From a virus (lineage: Duplodnaviria > Caudoviricetes): 64,000 nt of DNA. A program made the position numbers and the translations under genes. Under the pieces are notes generated by a model that saw only the letters and a program-made list of their open reading frames with translations, made no database searches and was not told where the DNA came from. The stretch is taken from positions 1-64,000 of the IMG/VR virus record IMGVR_UViG_3300032007_000037. One strand, given 5' to 3'. This document shows, in pieces, positions 20,818 through 31,547 of the stretch; the first letter of the stretch is position 1, and each line of letters opens with the position of its first letter.

Positions 20818-20966
20818 ATTGGTCTTATTTTTATGCAAAGATAATTCTTCTTTGTATAGATGTTCTAAATCTTAGAATAATTGTTAAGTCGACTTTATAC
20901 ATTTTTTAGTTTCGAAAGTGTCAAAAAAGATATAAATATCTTTGTACAGAGAAAAATTAGAATAAA

Positions 20967-21365
20967 ATGACAACGACAATTGTATCAGCTATTGTAGGTT
21001 TAATTTGTACAATAGTATCCAGTAGTGTTACTTTTCTGTGGCAAAAAAAGAAATATAACACAGAAGTAGATTCACAACAAATAAAGAATATTGAAGATTC
21101 TTTTAATGTGTATAAAAAAATGACAGAGAGTAATTTAAACACTCAGAAGGACACCTTCGAAACTATAATATCATCTCTTAATCAAAAAGTAAGCAACTTG
21201 GAAAAAGAGAATGCCTCCTTACGAGAACAAGTTGGACAACTACAGATGGAGATGATCAATGTATTAGGCAGTATTTGCTTAGATGCTACGTGTAAAATGA
21301 GAAAAGTTTCTTTTCCGCCAGCAGTTTCTGCAAAGAAGGGAAAGAATAAAAGTAAGGAGGATTAA
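20967..21365 (+). CDS. Holin-like protein (TM helix + coiled coil)
   Basis: N-terminal TM helix, directly upstream of the endolysin candidate, promoter at 20937. Confidence 0.5.
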   Translation: MTTTIVSAIVGLICTIVSSSVTFLWQKKKYNTEVDSQQIKNIEDSFNVYKKMTESNLNTQKDTFETIISSLNQKVSNLEKENASLREQVGQLQMEMINVLGSICLDATCKMRKVSFPPAVSAKKGKNKSKED

Positions 21366-21367
21366 CC

Positions 21368-21835
21368 ATGAAGCTATTACTAGAAAGAAAATGGAAAAAG
21401 GAAACCTATACTATAGGCAAGCTAAGTGTAGACGGTAAACCTTTTTGCGAAACTTGTGAAGATACAGACAGACACCTTAATCAAAATATGCCTTTAGCGA
21501 AGATTAAGGAAATTAAAATAGCTGCTGTAACTGCAATACCTACTGGAGTATATAATATTAAAATGGACCAGATCAGTCCAAAGTATTCATTAAAACCTTG
21601 GTTTGTTACTAACTGTAACGGTGCAAAGATGCCTAGACTGGAAAATGTACCAGGCTATGCAGGTGTGTTGATCCATCCTGGAAATACAGCCAAAGACTCA
21701 GAAGGATGTATCCTTGTTGGAAGGAACACTGTTGTTGGTATGGTAACAGACTCTAAAAACACATTTCTCAATCTTTATAAACTAATGTATGCGGCTTATA
21801 AGAGAGGTGAGAAAATTACAATCGAAATTAAATAA
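21368..21835 (+). CDS. DUF5675-type putative endolysin (L,D-transpeptidase-like)
   Basis: YTIGKL, TAIPTGVY and GVLIHPGNTAKDSEGCILVG motifs. Confidence 0.75.
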   Translation: MKLLLERKWKKETYTIGKLSVDGKPFCETCEDTDRHLNQNMPLAKIKEIKIAAVTAIPTGVYNIKMDQISPKYSLKPWFVTNCNGAKMPRLENVPGYAGVLIHPGNTAKDSEGCILVGRNTVVGMVTDSKNTFLNLYKLMYAAYKRGEKITIEIK

Positions 21836-21933
21836 AGATAAATTTTTCTTTTCATGATGATAACAGTTTAAGGTTTAAGTTAGTACATGGTTATTTTATG
21901 TATGAAGAAAGGGAGCTGTGAAGCCCCCTTCTT

Positions 21934-22287
21934 CTATATATAAGGTGTAAAATCAAAATCTGGCCTATAGTGCTCTGTAACAGAAATAAAATCAGGAAAT
22001 AGTATTCCATGCTGAGCATAATTACCTAGAGACGTTATGACATACTTCCTGCGTTCCCTCTTATTATAATAACTGTCAAGTATATTGAAAATATATGTAA
22101 TGTCACCAATAGTATGTCCTACCACATTGTAATACACTTTCTCCTGTAGATAATTTTCAACTTCGTCAGATGAATATTTTCTACCAGCAATTGCATAGGC
22201 AAGCTCTATAGTAAAATGCTGACCGTGCTTTTTAATGTATTCTTTTAAACCTTTCATCCATAGTAATACATTGGTTTGACGCTGCAA
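21934..22287 (-). CDS. Hypothetical protein (true start likely a downstream ATG)
   Basis: ORF downstream of the promoter at 22285. Confidence 0.5.
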   Translation of the reverse strand: MQRQTNVLLWMKGLKEYIKKHGQHFTIELAYAIAGRKYSSDEVENYLQEKVYYNVVGHTIGDITYIFNILDSYYNKRERRKYVITSLGNYAQHGILFPDFISVTEHYRPDFDFTPYI

Positions 22288-22361
22288 AGGTAAAAATTAT
22301 TTAAATATAATCAAAATATTACCATAGAAAACCACAATCTGTTGAATTAGAGTAGATTGTA

Positions 22362-22823
22362 TCATTCAGTTTCTGTGATATTTGGATCAACCACGAAATT
22401 CATTAATATCTTGGTTCTTTGAGAAAGACTGCCTTTAAAGAAATAATCGGGATTTAATAAATATTCCCCTCTACACTTCTTTATCAGTAAACCAGATTTA
22501 CAAAGTGTGCTAATATTATTATCAATGCTAGCATCAGAAAGATTTAAACCCTCCTCTCGGCATTGTTCTTTAAAGGAAGCGTTATTGTGAACAATGTTAC
22601 CAAATGCATCGTTTTCTTTGTTATAAGTAGAATGTTTCCAGCAGCACATAAGAATCTTAAGTTGTAATCCTTTAAGCTTGAATAGCTCAGGATAACTACT
22701 AAAGAAGACCATTATAAACTCTTCTAATGACAATTTCCTAGTCTGTTTAAACTCTAATAATTCACCAGTATGATTATCTATCAGTGAATAGTCTTTTGAT
22801 GTTTCTGTAATAAATTTCTTCAT
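22362..22823 (-). CDS. RepL-like winged-helix replication/DNA-binding protein
   Basis: IDNHTGE N-terminus; HTH followed by GEYLLNPDYFFKG, typical of the RepL family. Confidence 0.65.
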   Translation of the reverse strand: MKKFITETSKDYSLIDNHTGELLEFKQTRKLSLEEFIMVFFSSYPELFKLKGLQLKILMCCWKHSTYNKENDAFGNIVHNNASFKEQCREEGLNLSDASIDNNISTLCKSGLLIKKCRGEYLLNPDYFFKGSLSQRTKILMNFVVDPNITETE

Positions 22824-22965
22824 GCCTCTTTAATTTATACCGCAAAGGTATAAAAAGTTTTTTATATGGCAAAGGAAACTAATAAAAAAGATTAGTTAAA
22901 CTGCATCATTTAAGGAGTTGTACTAACTTGATACATTAGTCATAATATAATAAGCATAGTGTTCC

Positions 22966-23028
22966 TCATCTTATGGAGTGAGGAAGTTCACCTTATAAGG
23001 TGAGGAAACCTATCTTATAAGATGAGGA
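22966..23028. repeat. Three 19-bp direct repeats at a 22-bp period (iteron-like)
   Basis: tcatcttatggagtgagga (22966), tcaccttataaggtgagga (22988), ctatcttataagatgagga (23010). Confidence 0.85.
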
Positions 23029-23173
23029 TGAAAACATTTAAAGTATTGTATATCAGACTGATACATAGGTATTTCCTTCTTATCTAGTTAAGCATAATTT
23101 TAATATATGTTATTTTAGATAAAAGCACCCCCGTCACCTTATTATAAATTGGTATTATCCCCCCCCCTTAATC

Positions 23174-23599
23174 TTAAGCTAAAGTCCATAGCAACTCATT
23201 CATTTTATCTTCATTGGATAAATCCTTCCAAGTAAACCGCAGCACTTCAACATAAGGATAATGTTCTTGAATGGTCTTAGTTCTCATCTTATCATGCTGT
23301 TTATGTTCATCATGGAACTTCCCATCCACCTCTATAATAATATCCTTCTCAGGTATGTAAAAATCCGCTATATAATATCTAATGATCCACCCATCATCAG
23401 CATAGATATAAAATATCTTCTGATCCTCATAAGGAATAGAATGGTTATCCAAAAAATCCTTCATTCTTTTTTCCAATGGAGAAGGCCAAGTCCTCATTTC
23501 ATCAGCCCTATATTCTGCTTTATAGATTATCTCCTTATTATGTTCATGTATCCTTTTCATATATTTGTAATTTTCTAAACAAAAATACCATAATACCAA
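23174..23599 (-). CDS. DUF559/Vsr-like PD-(D/E)xK endonuclease (likely start ~23560)
   Basis: YIADFY...IIIEVDGKFH...D..RT...VLRF. Confidence 0.8.
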   Translation of the reverse strand: MVLWYFCLENYKYMKRIHEHNKEIIYKAEYRADEMRTWPSPLEKRMKDFLDNHSIPYEDQKIFYIYADDGWIIRYYIADFYIPEKDIIIEVDGKFHDEHKQHDKMRTKTIQEHYPYVEVLRFTWKDLSNEDKMNELLWTLA

Positions 23600-23898
23600 T
23601 AACCATGAAACAACATAACAATCACAATAACATTCTCTTAGGATAATACATAAAGATTACACGGAACTGTGGTGTGTAGGGATAAAGTATAGTGTATGTA
23701 TAAAGGTGGGGTACATATCCATGAATGGGGGATATGTCTACAAGTCGGTGATAATATACTACACCTCCCCCATGCTTGATTGAATTGGGGTTTATCCCCC
23801 CTGTCAATCACTAAGACAGTAATCCCTGCCAATGCTAACAGGAATTACATCTCTTAGCACTTGGCAGTTGGGAGATTGGCCTCCAACTCCCACCAACA

Positions 23899-26219
23899 AT
23901 GATAACTAAGACCCTCAGCCAAGGACTGAGTACCATCAACAAAGCCATGAGAGAATTAATTCTAGCTCCAGAGATCAGAGAAGAGTTCAAGAAAGACTTT
24001 CCTTCAATAGAACTTGAGAGTGTAGTCAAAAGATTCAAAATAAATGAAGTGCTTGCACCTAGTATTAACCGAAATTTCTGTGAAGACATGGGATGTAACA
24101 TTGAGGACATTCCTGTAATGCTTGAGTACAATGACAAGTGGCTTCAAATGGAAATTGATGATGAGGATGATTGGATGGATATGCAGGAAGCATGGTTAGC
24201 AGATAAACTTGAAGACTGATTACACTCTGATGTTTATGAAAATAATTGTTTAATTTAAATAAATAAAATTATGAAGACTTTAGAAGTATTGGGAATTGTA
24301 TTCATTGCAGTTGTATTACTTGCATGTGGATATTCAATGGGCTATCATCAGAGAAATTCTGAAAGTTATAAGGCAGCATGTATTCTGTCTGATGCTATTA
24401 GAATTGAATATGATACTATTGAAGATGATGAGAAGAATTGTACCTATTCAGCATATTCTGCACTTGAAGAAGGTTGCTGTGAATTAGGTATTGATACTGA
24501 TTCATTATTGAGAGAATATGTTTGGTGTTATTAACCTAAAAAGGAATCATATGAACAAGGAAACTTTACTGGCATTAATGTGTTATGCCCTTGACAGGGA
24601 CTTGCTGTCTCTGCCTGTATCAAGGGTATTACAGCTATTCAAGAATGATGCAGCTGCCTTGAAGAAGACCTATTCAGACCCTGAAGATGAACTGCTCTAC
24701 ATCAAGGGAATAGAGAATGTAGAAGATATTGACTTCTTCACAGACTATGTTCTGTGTTACAGCAAGATGGACTCAATATCGGGATTAAGAGACTATGGTA
24801 AATATAATGAAGAACTGATTAAATATGAAACCAAGAATTAAATCATCAGCTATCTATCATGCAGAGCCTGAGATAGCCAAGAGCTTTATGGCTAAGAGTG
24901 AAGTACTGGAGAATAAGCTCAAGAGTGGAAAGATTACCAAGGAAGAGCTTATGAAACTTGCTGAATATAGGGTTCAGCATTCTATCAAACCAAAGAGAGA
25001 ACAATACTTTGTTCCATGCTTTGGTAAGTTCATCGAGGTTCCAAAAGATATCTATGACAGATATTATGCAAAATAATTATGTGGAGATTAGTTGATAGAT
25101 ATGGAGCAATTGTTGCTAGATGCAGATTCTCCTCTGAAGCAGAAGCCAATAGTTATGCTCATGCTATGGGCAGACCAGATTGGACAGCAAAAGAATTCCA
25201 TAATTCATATTACATGGATTCATGGACAAGCGGTAATAAATCAATCCTTTAAATATTGAAATTATGAAACGTTTTAAAGAAATCTTTAACACTGCGATGG
25301 TTGAAATCACACCTACTGATATTGCCATGTTAGGGAAAGATGTTCCTGTAGTGAGTTTTAATAGTCGAAACTATGCTGATTTTGTATCATGGGCTAATAG
25401 AGCCTTCAGTCCTAATCTAGTATTTAGTCATGCTTACATCTGCCCTGGTAGTTGTGTTGTAGCTAAAATTGATGGAATCTTCAATGAAAAGAGTGCTTCT
25501 ACTCTGAAAGCTAATGGTATCACAGAATGGGCTATCAAAGCTGATGAAGTGTATGGGGAGGATGTGCCTACTGGCTGTCCTGCATTGTTCCTTAATATTC
25601 CGTGCATTCCAGATGAATGAAGAGTGTCTAGTCTTAATACTTAATAGTCTAACCCTTTAAATATTGAGATTATGAAGAAGAATGATGTTTTCACCTTTAC
25701 AGCTCCCAATGGAGTTGAGGTGACAGCTGTAGTTATAGCACAGGTAGAGGTTATATTTGACCCTGAAACCTATTATGAGACTATAGAAGATTGGATTGAC
25801 CTTTGTTATGCTCAAAACAGGTTATTTACTTACTATAGACAAGCAAAGAAGATCAGAGAGGTTTTAGTAGACTATGCTATTCTTCCTGAATATGATTCTA
25901 TGCTTGAAGAGCATCAAAAAGATATTGATATGAAGAATGCTAGTATTATTCAACCTTGGGAAGAGGAATTTGAAAGAGAACTTCAAGGTTGTAATGATTA
26001 AGCAATCTTATTAAATATCTATTAACCTTTTAAGCAAAGAACATTATGGAAGAGAACAAAATGTCTTGGAGCTTTGTAGCTGCTCCAGAAAGAAAGAATC
26101 CTACAAGAGAGGAAGCATTAGCTACAGCAGAGAAATATGGTCTTACAGAGGAAGTCAAATATATGATGGATCTTGGTTTTACACCAACTGAGGCACTTGC
26201 CGAGTGGGACATATTATAA
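23899..26219 (+). CDS. Run of small early hypothetical genes (23899-24219, 24271-24534, 24518-24841, 24825-25076, 25264-25620, 25672-26001, 26046-26219)
   Basis: Tightly packed co-oriented ORFs with A-rich leaders; no recognisable function. Confidence 0.6.
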
Positions 26220-26289
26220 ACATTTCAAACCAAAAGCCAGAAGCTCCTAGAGGCTCTGTAGAAATACAGTTGTAAGTGAGTATTAGAAT

Positions 26290-26568
26290 ATGAATATTTT
26301 TGCAGCATTGAAGAAGTACGGTTCTGAGTATGAACTTAAAGATAAGAGAGATTTTGAAGAGAGTGAGAAAGCTCAAGTGAAATCTGCAAGTGTTGTGTTA
26401 AGCACTTATGGCAAGAGTGTATGCTTCATTATGAAATCTGGTGGGCAGACATATGTACCTGTTTCCAGGGATTCTGTAGTTAATATTGGAGATACAGTTG
26501 ATTTGGATAAGGCTAAAATCCTCACCTTGGAAAAGGATGGAGAGACTATAAATAGAATAGAAATCTAA
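26290..26568 (+). CDS. Small beta-rich protein, paralogue 1 of 3
   Basis: GKSVCFIMKSGGQTY motif shared with 26761 and 27813. Confidence 0.8.
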   Translation: MNIFAALKKYGSEYELKDKRDFEESEKAQVKSASVVLSTYGKSVCFIMKSGGQTYVPVSRDSVVNIGDTVDLDKAKILTLEKDGETINRIEI

Positions 26569-26571
26569 TAA

Positions 26572-26612
26572 TAAGGGCAGATGGCTTCGGCTGTCTGCCT
26601 TTTATTTTTTTT
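26572..26612 (+). terminator. Intrinsic terminator
   Basis: ggcagatggc-ttcg-gctgtctgcc plus T run. Confidence 0.8.
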
Positions 26613-26760
26613 CAGTAGGTGGCAGCAGCAGCAAGAGGTGGAAGCAGCACAGAGGAAGTCCTACCAATTACACTTCCCTTGTCTATGCAATGGAACGTTA
26701 AGCTAGCACCATTGCAGAGACTACAAACAACAAATTACAAACAACAAACAACAAACAACT

Positions 26761-27042
26761 ATGAACATTTTTAAAGGATTGCAGGTGTATGGTGGCTCTT
26801 GGAACGTTAAGGACAGCAGAGCATTTGATGCTGAGGAGATTGAGGCAGTAAAGAGCGCAACCATTGTGTCTTCTGAGTTTGGAAAATCAGTTTGCTTCCT
26901 GATGAAGTCAGGTGGTCAGACCTATATTCCATTGAGTAATCAGTCCAGCCTAGAAGTAGGCGATTCAGTAGACCTTACCAAGGCCAAGGTGCTGACCCTG
27001 CAAAGGGATGGCAATGCAGACATTAACAGAATTGATGCCTGA
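26761..27042 (+). CDS. Small beta-rich protein, paralogue 2 of 3
   Basis: Nearly identical protein to the 27813 copy. Confidence 0.85.
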   Translation: MNIFKGLQVYGGSWNVKDSRAFDAEEIEAVKSATIVSSEFGKSVCFLMKSGGQTYIPLSNQSSLEVGDSVDLTKAKVLTLQRDGNADINRIDA

Positions 27043-27055
27043 GCAGCCAGTTTAT

Positions 27056-27096
27056 AGGGGAGAGTCCGAGAGGATTCTCCTCTCTTTTTTTCTTTT
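27056..27096 (+). terminator. Intrinsic terminator
   Basis: gagagtcc-gaga-ggattctc plus T run. Confidence 0.8.
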
Positions 27097-27812
27097 AGGT
27101 GGTAGTAGTAATAACCTCTCACTACTCCCAGCATCTATCCTTCCTCCTCACTACTGCCAACCCCCTATTCCCTAGTAACAACCCCTTCTCCCAACAACTG
27201 CCATACCTTATTATATATAGGAGGATTGGGAAGAAGGGGCAGTAGGGATTAATACTTTTAACATTTACATATTATTAAGTAGTGATATTAATAACTATTT
27301 CATATATTATATGTTAATGAATACTACTAATTTATGTATAATTTGGTAGTTTTGTTCCTTCATAACTTATTGATTATCAATGACATATGCAGGAATGAAG
27401 GACTATTTTTCCCTCCACACTTTTTAACCCTTTTTCTACTACCTCAAAAACACCAAGATAATATGAATATGGCACTCTTTACTGATTATTAACACTTCTC
27501 AATCCCTATAATTAGCAATTCAACATCTATTTTATCCTTATTTTTCTCCAATCATTAACAAATAAAATGCATTTTTCCTCCTCTATATTACAATTAATGA
27601 GTATAATTGAATATATCTTATACAATTATCTCTATCTTTTTTCTGATAAGACGCATAGAGAACAACCTACAAATTACACTTCCCATGTATTTGACTGAGA
27701 TATAGTGATTCATTAGTAATCACATCTTAGTTGTACAACAAACAATCACACAACAAACAGCAACTCGGTGTGCCAGATACCAAAATAAATCCTAAGGGCA
27801 TAGGTGTATTAT

Positions 27813-28094
27813 GTGAATATCTTTAAAGGTTTACAAGTTTACGGAGGTAGTTGGAATGTAAAGGACTCTCGTTCTTTTGATCAGGAGGAAATTGATGCGG
27901 TTAAGTCTGCTCAGATTGTTTCTTCTGAGTTTGGTAAGTCTGTGTGCTTTATCATGAAGAGTGGCGGTTCTACTTATATTCCTCTTTCCAATGATTCTAA
28001 CCTGGAAGTTGGGGATAATGTGGACTTGACTACTGCCAAGGTTCTCACTCTTCAGAGGGATGGGAATGCGGATATTAATCGTATTCAGGCATAG
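27813..28094 (+). CDS. Small beta-rich protein, paralogue 3 of 3 (GTG start)
   Basis: GTG AAT ATC TTT AAA aligns with MNIFK; terminator at ~28104-28146. Confidence 0.75.
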   Translation: MNIFKGLQVYGGSWNVKDSRSFDQEEIDAVKSAQIVSSEFGKSVCFIMKSGGSTYIPLSNDSNLEVGDNVDLTTAKVLTLQRDGNADINRIQA

Positions 28095-28291
28095 TAGTCT
28101 TTTGAAGGGCAACAGTCGAAACAGACTGTTGTCTCTTCTTTTTTTATTTAAAGATGTGAGTAACAACTAATACTGTTTTATAATGCACCGATTATCAGAC
28201 GACAAAGCTACAAAAATGGCTATAGTCTTCATTGTTATAGCTATTGTTCTTGGTATATATTTACAAATAAGGCTAATTACACAATAATATT

Positions 28292-31013
28292 ATGGAAGAA
28301 TTAAAGCCCATTAGACCTATAGGAGAGGTTTATGCGTATTCAGGTGCAAAGCCTCTTTGTAGCTTGGGGTTACAAGGGTCTTCATCAGATTATGGGATTG
28401 TGCTTTCTGTAGCATATAATCCTGATAGGGTATATACAGAATTTCAGATAGTGGATAATTGGTTAGCCTATCATCTGAAGAGAAATGTGCTGCTTTCTAC
28501 CAGTAACTATGATGAGGTTATCAAATGGTGTGAAGAGCATCATGATGAGATAATACAACAATGTAGGGATAATCTGGAGAAATTCAAAAACCGATACAAT
28601 TGACAACAATAACCCTTTACAGCAATGACAATACAGTTTAGATACAAAAATATTGGAGATATTAGAATCCAGTCTGTACGTGCATTTAATATGGATGTAA
28701 GTAAGAAGGTTTGCCGGGTTTCTACATTTCCCAACTATCATGTAGATGGTAGTTCCATATTGAAAGAAGACATTGACAAGCTTAACAGATACCAACCACA
28801 GGATGAGATGCGGTTTAGTGAAGTTGAAAATATAATGATTACACAATGATACACAAGCTATATCTTATTACAATAGATTCTCTTGAAGATGAGACCCATT
28901 ATTTTGTCAGTAGGGAGGGATCTACGGCTAACTTCAGTACAGATGTTACTGAGGCTAAGCTATTTAGCGATAAAAGCAAGGTGGAATCTATGTGTACCAC
29001 ACTCAATATAGGATGTGATATTGTATGCAAGATTGTCACTATGGTTAATAAATCGGATATAATGAAAGTCATTATTGAATAATGAAAATGCATATAGTTG
29101 TGTCGTTTGGGGAGGTGGTGGAGATTAATACTTCATCTCTCCAAATAGATACAGAAGAAGATAAAGGGGATTACAGAGTATGGAAAGACAAGAAATGGTA
29201 CAAGTTCTGTAAAGACCACAACTTTCATCCTATTAAAGATGCATACGGTAGGATATATCAACTCTATTTACAATTATGTGCTGAAGGTATAATATAGATA
29301 GCAACAGTATGGAAAAGATGGGTTTAAAGAGGCTTTTATGCCCAGAAAGGGAAATAAATAAGGAATTCGATCCTGATGCAATAACATATAGAATATATGA
29401 GATGAATTCTGTACAGGCTCATTTGGATATCCCTCATGGGATGTCAGCAAGAGCTTGGAGGAGAAAGCAAGAGAGGGATAGAAAGAAAGGAAAGAATAGA
29501 ATATGAAATTTGCATATTATCCTTCACCAGGCAAGGCATTGTTTAATAGCATTTTGCTGTCAGTTTTATTGCCATTTAAATAAAGGGAATTATTATGAAA
29601 ATCATTAAGCAATTATCCGAAGATGAATTTGTTGTTAAAATGTCAGAACAGGATTTATACAACGATAAGAGTATAATAGTAGCGCATGATTATGTTAATT
29701 TTATCCGTACAATGATGCTAAGCACTGACCCTTCAGTTAAAAGACCGTTATATGGTAAATATGCATTTTGTGCCAACTGTATTAATGTAAGAATGGCTGT
29801 ACAATTTCCTATAAGAGATATGGTAAAGTTTGTTTTGCCGTTCCTAAAAAAACATCCCTATTGTACTGAAGAACATATTGGAAATAACTATCATGGGGAA
29901 AGTATAATTTATTTTACTGATCCAATAGATAAGGTTTGCAAAGTTGCTATTAGAGGAAAATTGGACGATGCCCCTACTATATTGACACAAAAAATGTTTT
30001 CCGACATAAAGGAAATGGGAACACAAGAAAATAACAAGTAACATGACTGATTTATCAATGATATCAACTGAGGATTTAAGAGCCGAATTAAGGCGTAGGT
30101 CTATTCAGAAAATGAAAGAGACTAAAGCTAAAAAGAAAGCTCTTAAACCAGAAGAAAAATATATAGAGATACATGGCAAAGCATTGACTACCTCATATAT
30201 AAGCCGACCTTGGTATCTTACTAGATTCAGGGTAGAACTGGATAAGGAGGAATATTGTCAATATGTTAAGAGGGAAGCCAAAGATTGGGAGAGAAAAAAT
30301 TATTTCAAATGTGATCGAAGATTTATTAAATATAATAACAGGCCTCAGGAAGGTGATTTAGTAACTCTTCGTATCCATTTTAATAAATTTAAACTCTATC
30401 AACCTTTTGATCCTTTTCATACCAAGATAATAAAAGTAGAAAAAGCTGATTATGAGATGGAAAAACTATAAACCTGGAGATAGAATCTTCTATAAAGCTT
30501 ATGATGGCGAGATACATTCTGATATAGTTCTTAAAGTAGAAGAGCTTACCTATGAAGAGAATGGTTGTGGTCAGCCTTATACTGTACACTATCAAGAACT
30601 CTATGTATCTGAACTCATGGTGATAGAGAACTATAATTGTCTTCCTCAGAACTCTCCTGAAGTTAAAGAGCTATTGAAGAAATACAAAAGCTATGATAAG
30701 ATAAAAGAGAAGCTTGTTCCTGATATACTTGATAAATTATCTCTTTTCAGTAAGAATATACAAAGGGAATTTGTTTCAGAATTAATAGCCAAATTTGGCC
30801 TATCTCCATCAGAATTCTAATCTAATTAAATTATTTATACCGTTTGATATAATAACTGCCTAATATACTTTTGCATTATGTTACAGAAAAGATATCAAAG
30901 ATATTCAAAAGAGGGTATAACTTGGACTCAGTGGTTCAACATATCTTCAAGTACAGAAAAAGAGCCGTGGCAAGTTAAAGGAAAGCTCAGGAATGAGTAC
31001 AGGGAAATAAACT
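28292..31013 (+). CDS. Run of small early hypothetical genes (28292, 28625, 28846, 29082, 29309, 29595, 30043, 30452, 30878)
   Basis: Co-oriented, closely spaced or overlapping ORFs. Confidence 0.6.
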
Positions 31014-31113
31014 AAACGGACTAAATATGGGAGGGAAGAACAGTCCTTTTTACCGTTGCTTGCGGGATGTGCTTTTCATATTAATAATCCTCTGTCTGCC
31101 TCCCCTCCCACCT

Positions 31114-31184
31114 TGGGATATAGTATAGCGGCAATACGTTGGGTTTTGGTCCCAAAGTTATAGGTTCGACTCCTGTTATCCCAA
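31114..31184 (+). tRNA. tRNA-Gln(TTG)
   Basis: Acceptor tgggata/tatccca; anticodon arm ttggg-TTTTGGT-cccaa; GGTTCGACTCC. Confidence 0.85.
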
Positions 31185-31308
31185 CTCAGTACAGTATAAC
31201 ATATCATCCATTGCGTGTGCTCATTAAAGGTATTACTATTTCGCTACTGTACTGATTATATTCATATTCTAAAAGTCCCTGCCCGCTTGTGATAAGTAGG
31301 CAGGTTAT

Positions 31309-31381
31309 CTCTGCTTAGCTCAGTTGGTAGAGCACTACACTTTTAATGTAGGAGTCGATGGTTCAAGTCCATCAGCAGAGA
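31309..31381 (+). tRNA. tRNA-Lys(TTT)
   Basis: Acceptor ctctgct/agcagag; ctaca-CTTTTAA-tgtag; GGTTCAAGTCC. Confidence 0.9.
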
Positions 31382-31387
31382 CTACAT

Positions 31388-31473
31388 CTTTCTCTAGCTC
31401 AATTGGATAGAGCGCAGCACTTATAAATAATAGTTGGATGCTGAGGTTCCAAGTTCGAATCTTGGGAGGAAGA
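31388..31473 (+). ncRNA. tRNA-like RNA (Arg-type body) with a 19-nt anticodon loop
   Basis: Normal acceptor, D and T arms; cagca-[cttataaataatagttgga]-tgctg. Confidence 0.7.
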
Positions 31474-31547
31474 CTTTAGATTGGTGAATTGCCATTGGTT
31501 AATTTATTATTGTTGTTATTGAATTATCTTACAGCGGTAAGAGGAAT

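Noticed and set aside
22966-23028. CRISPR mini-array
   Set aside because: Only 3-nt gaps between repeats, so no spacers, and no cas genes
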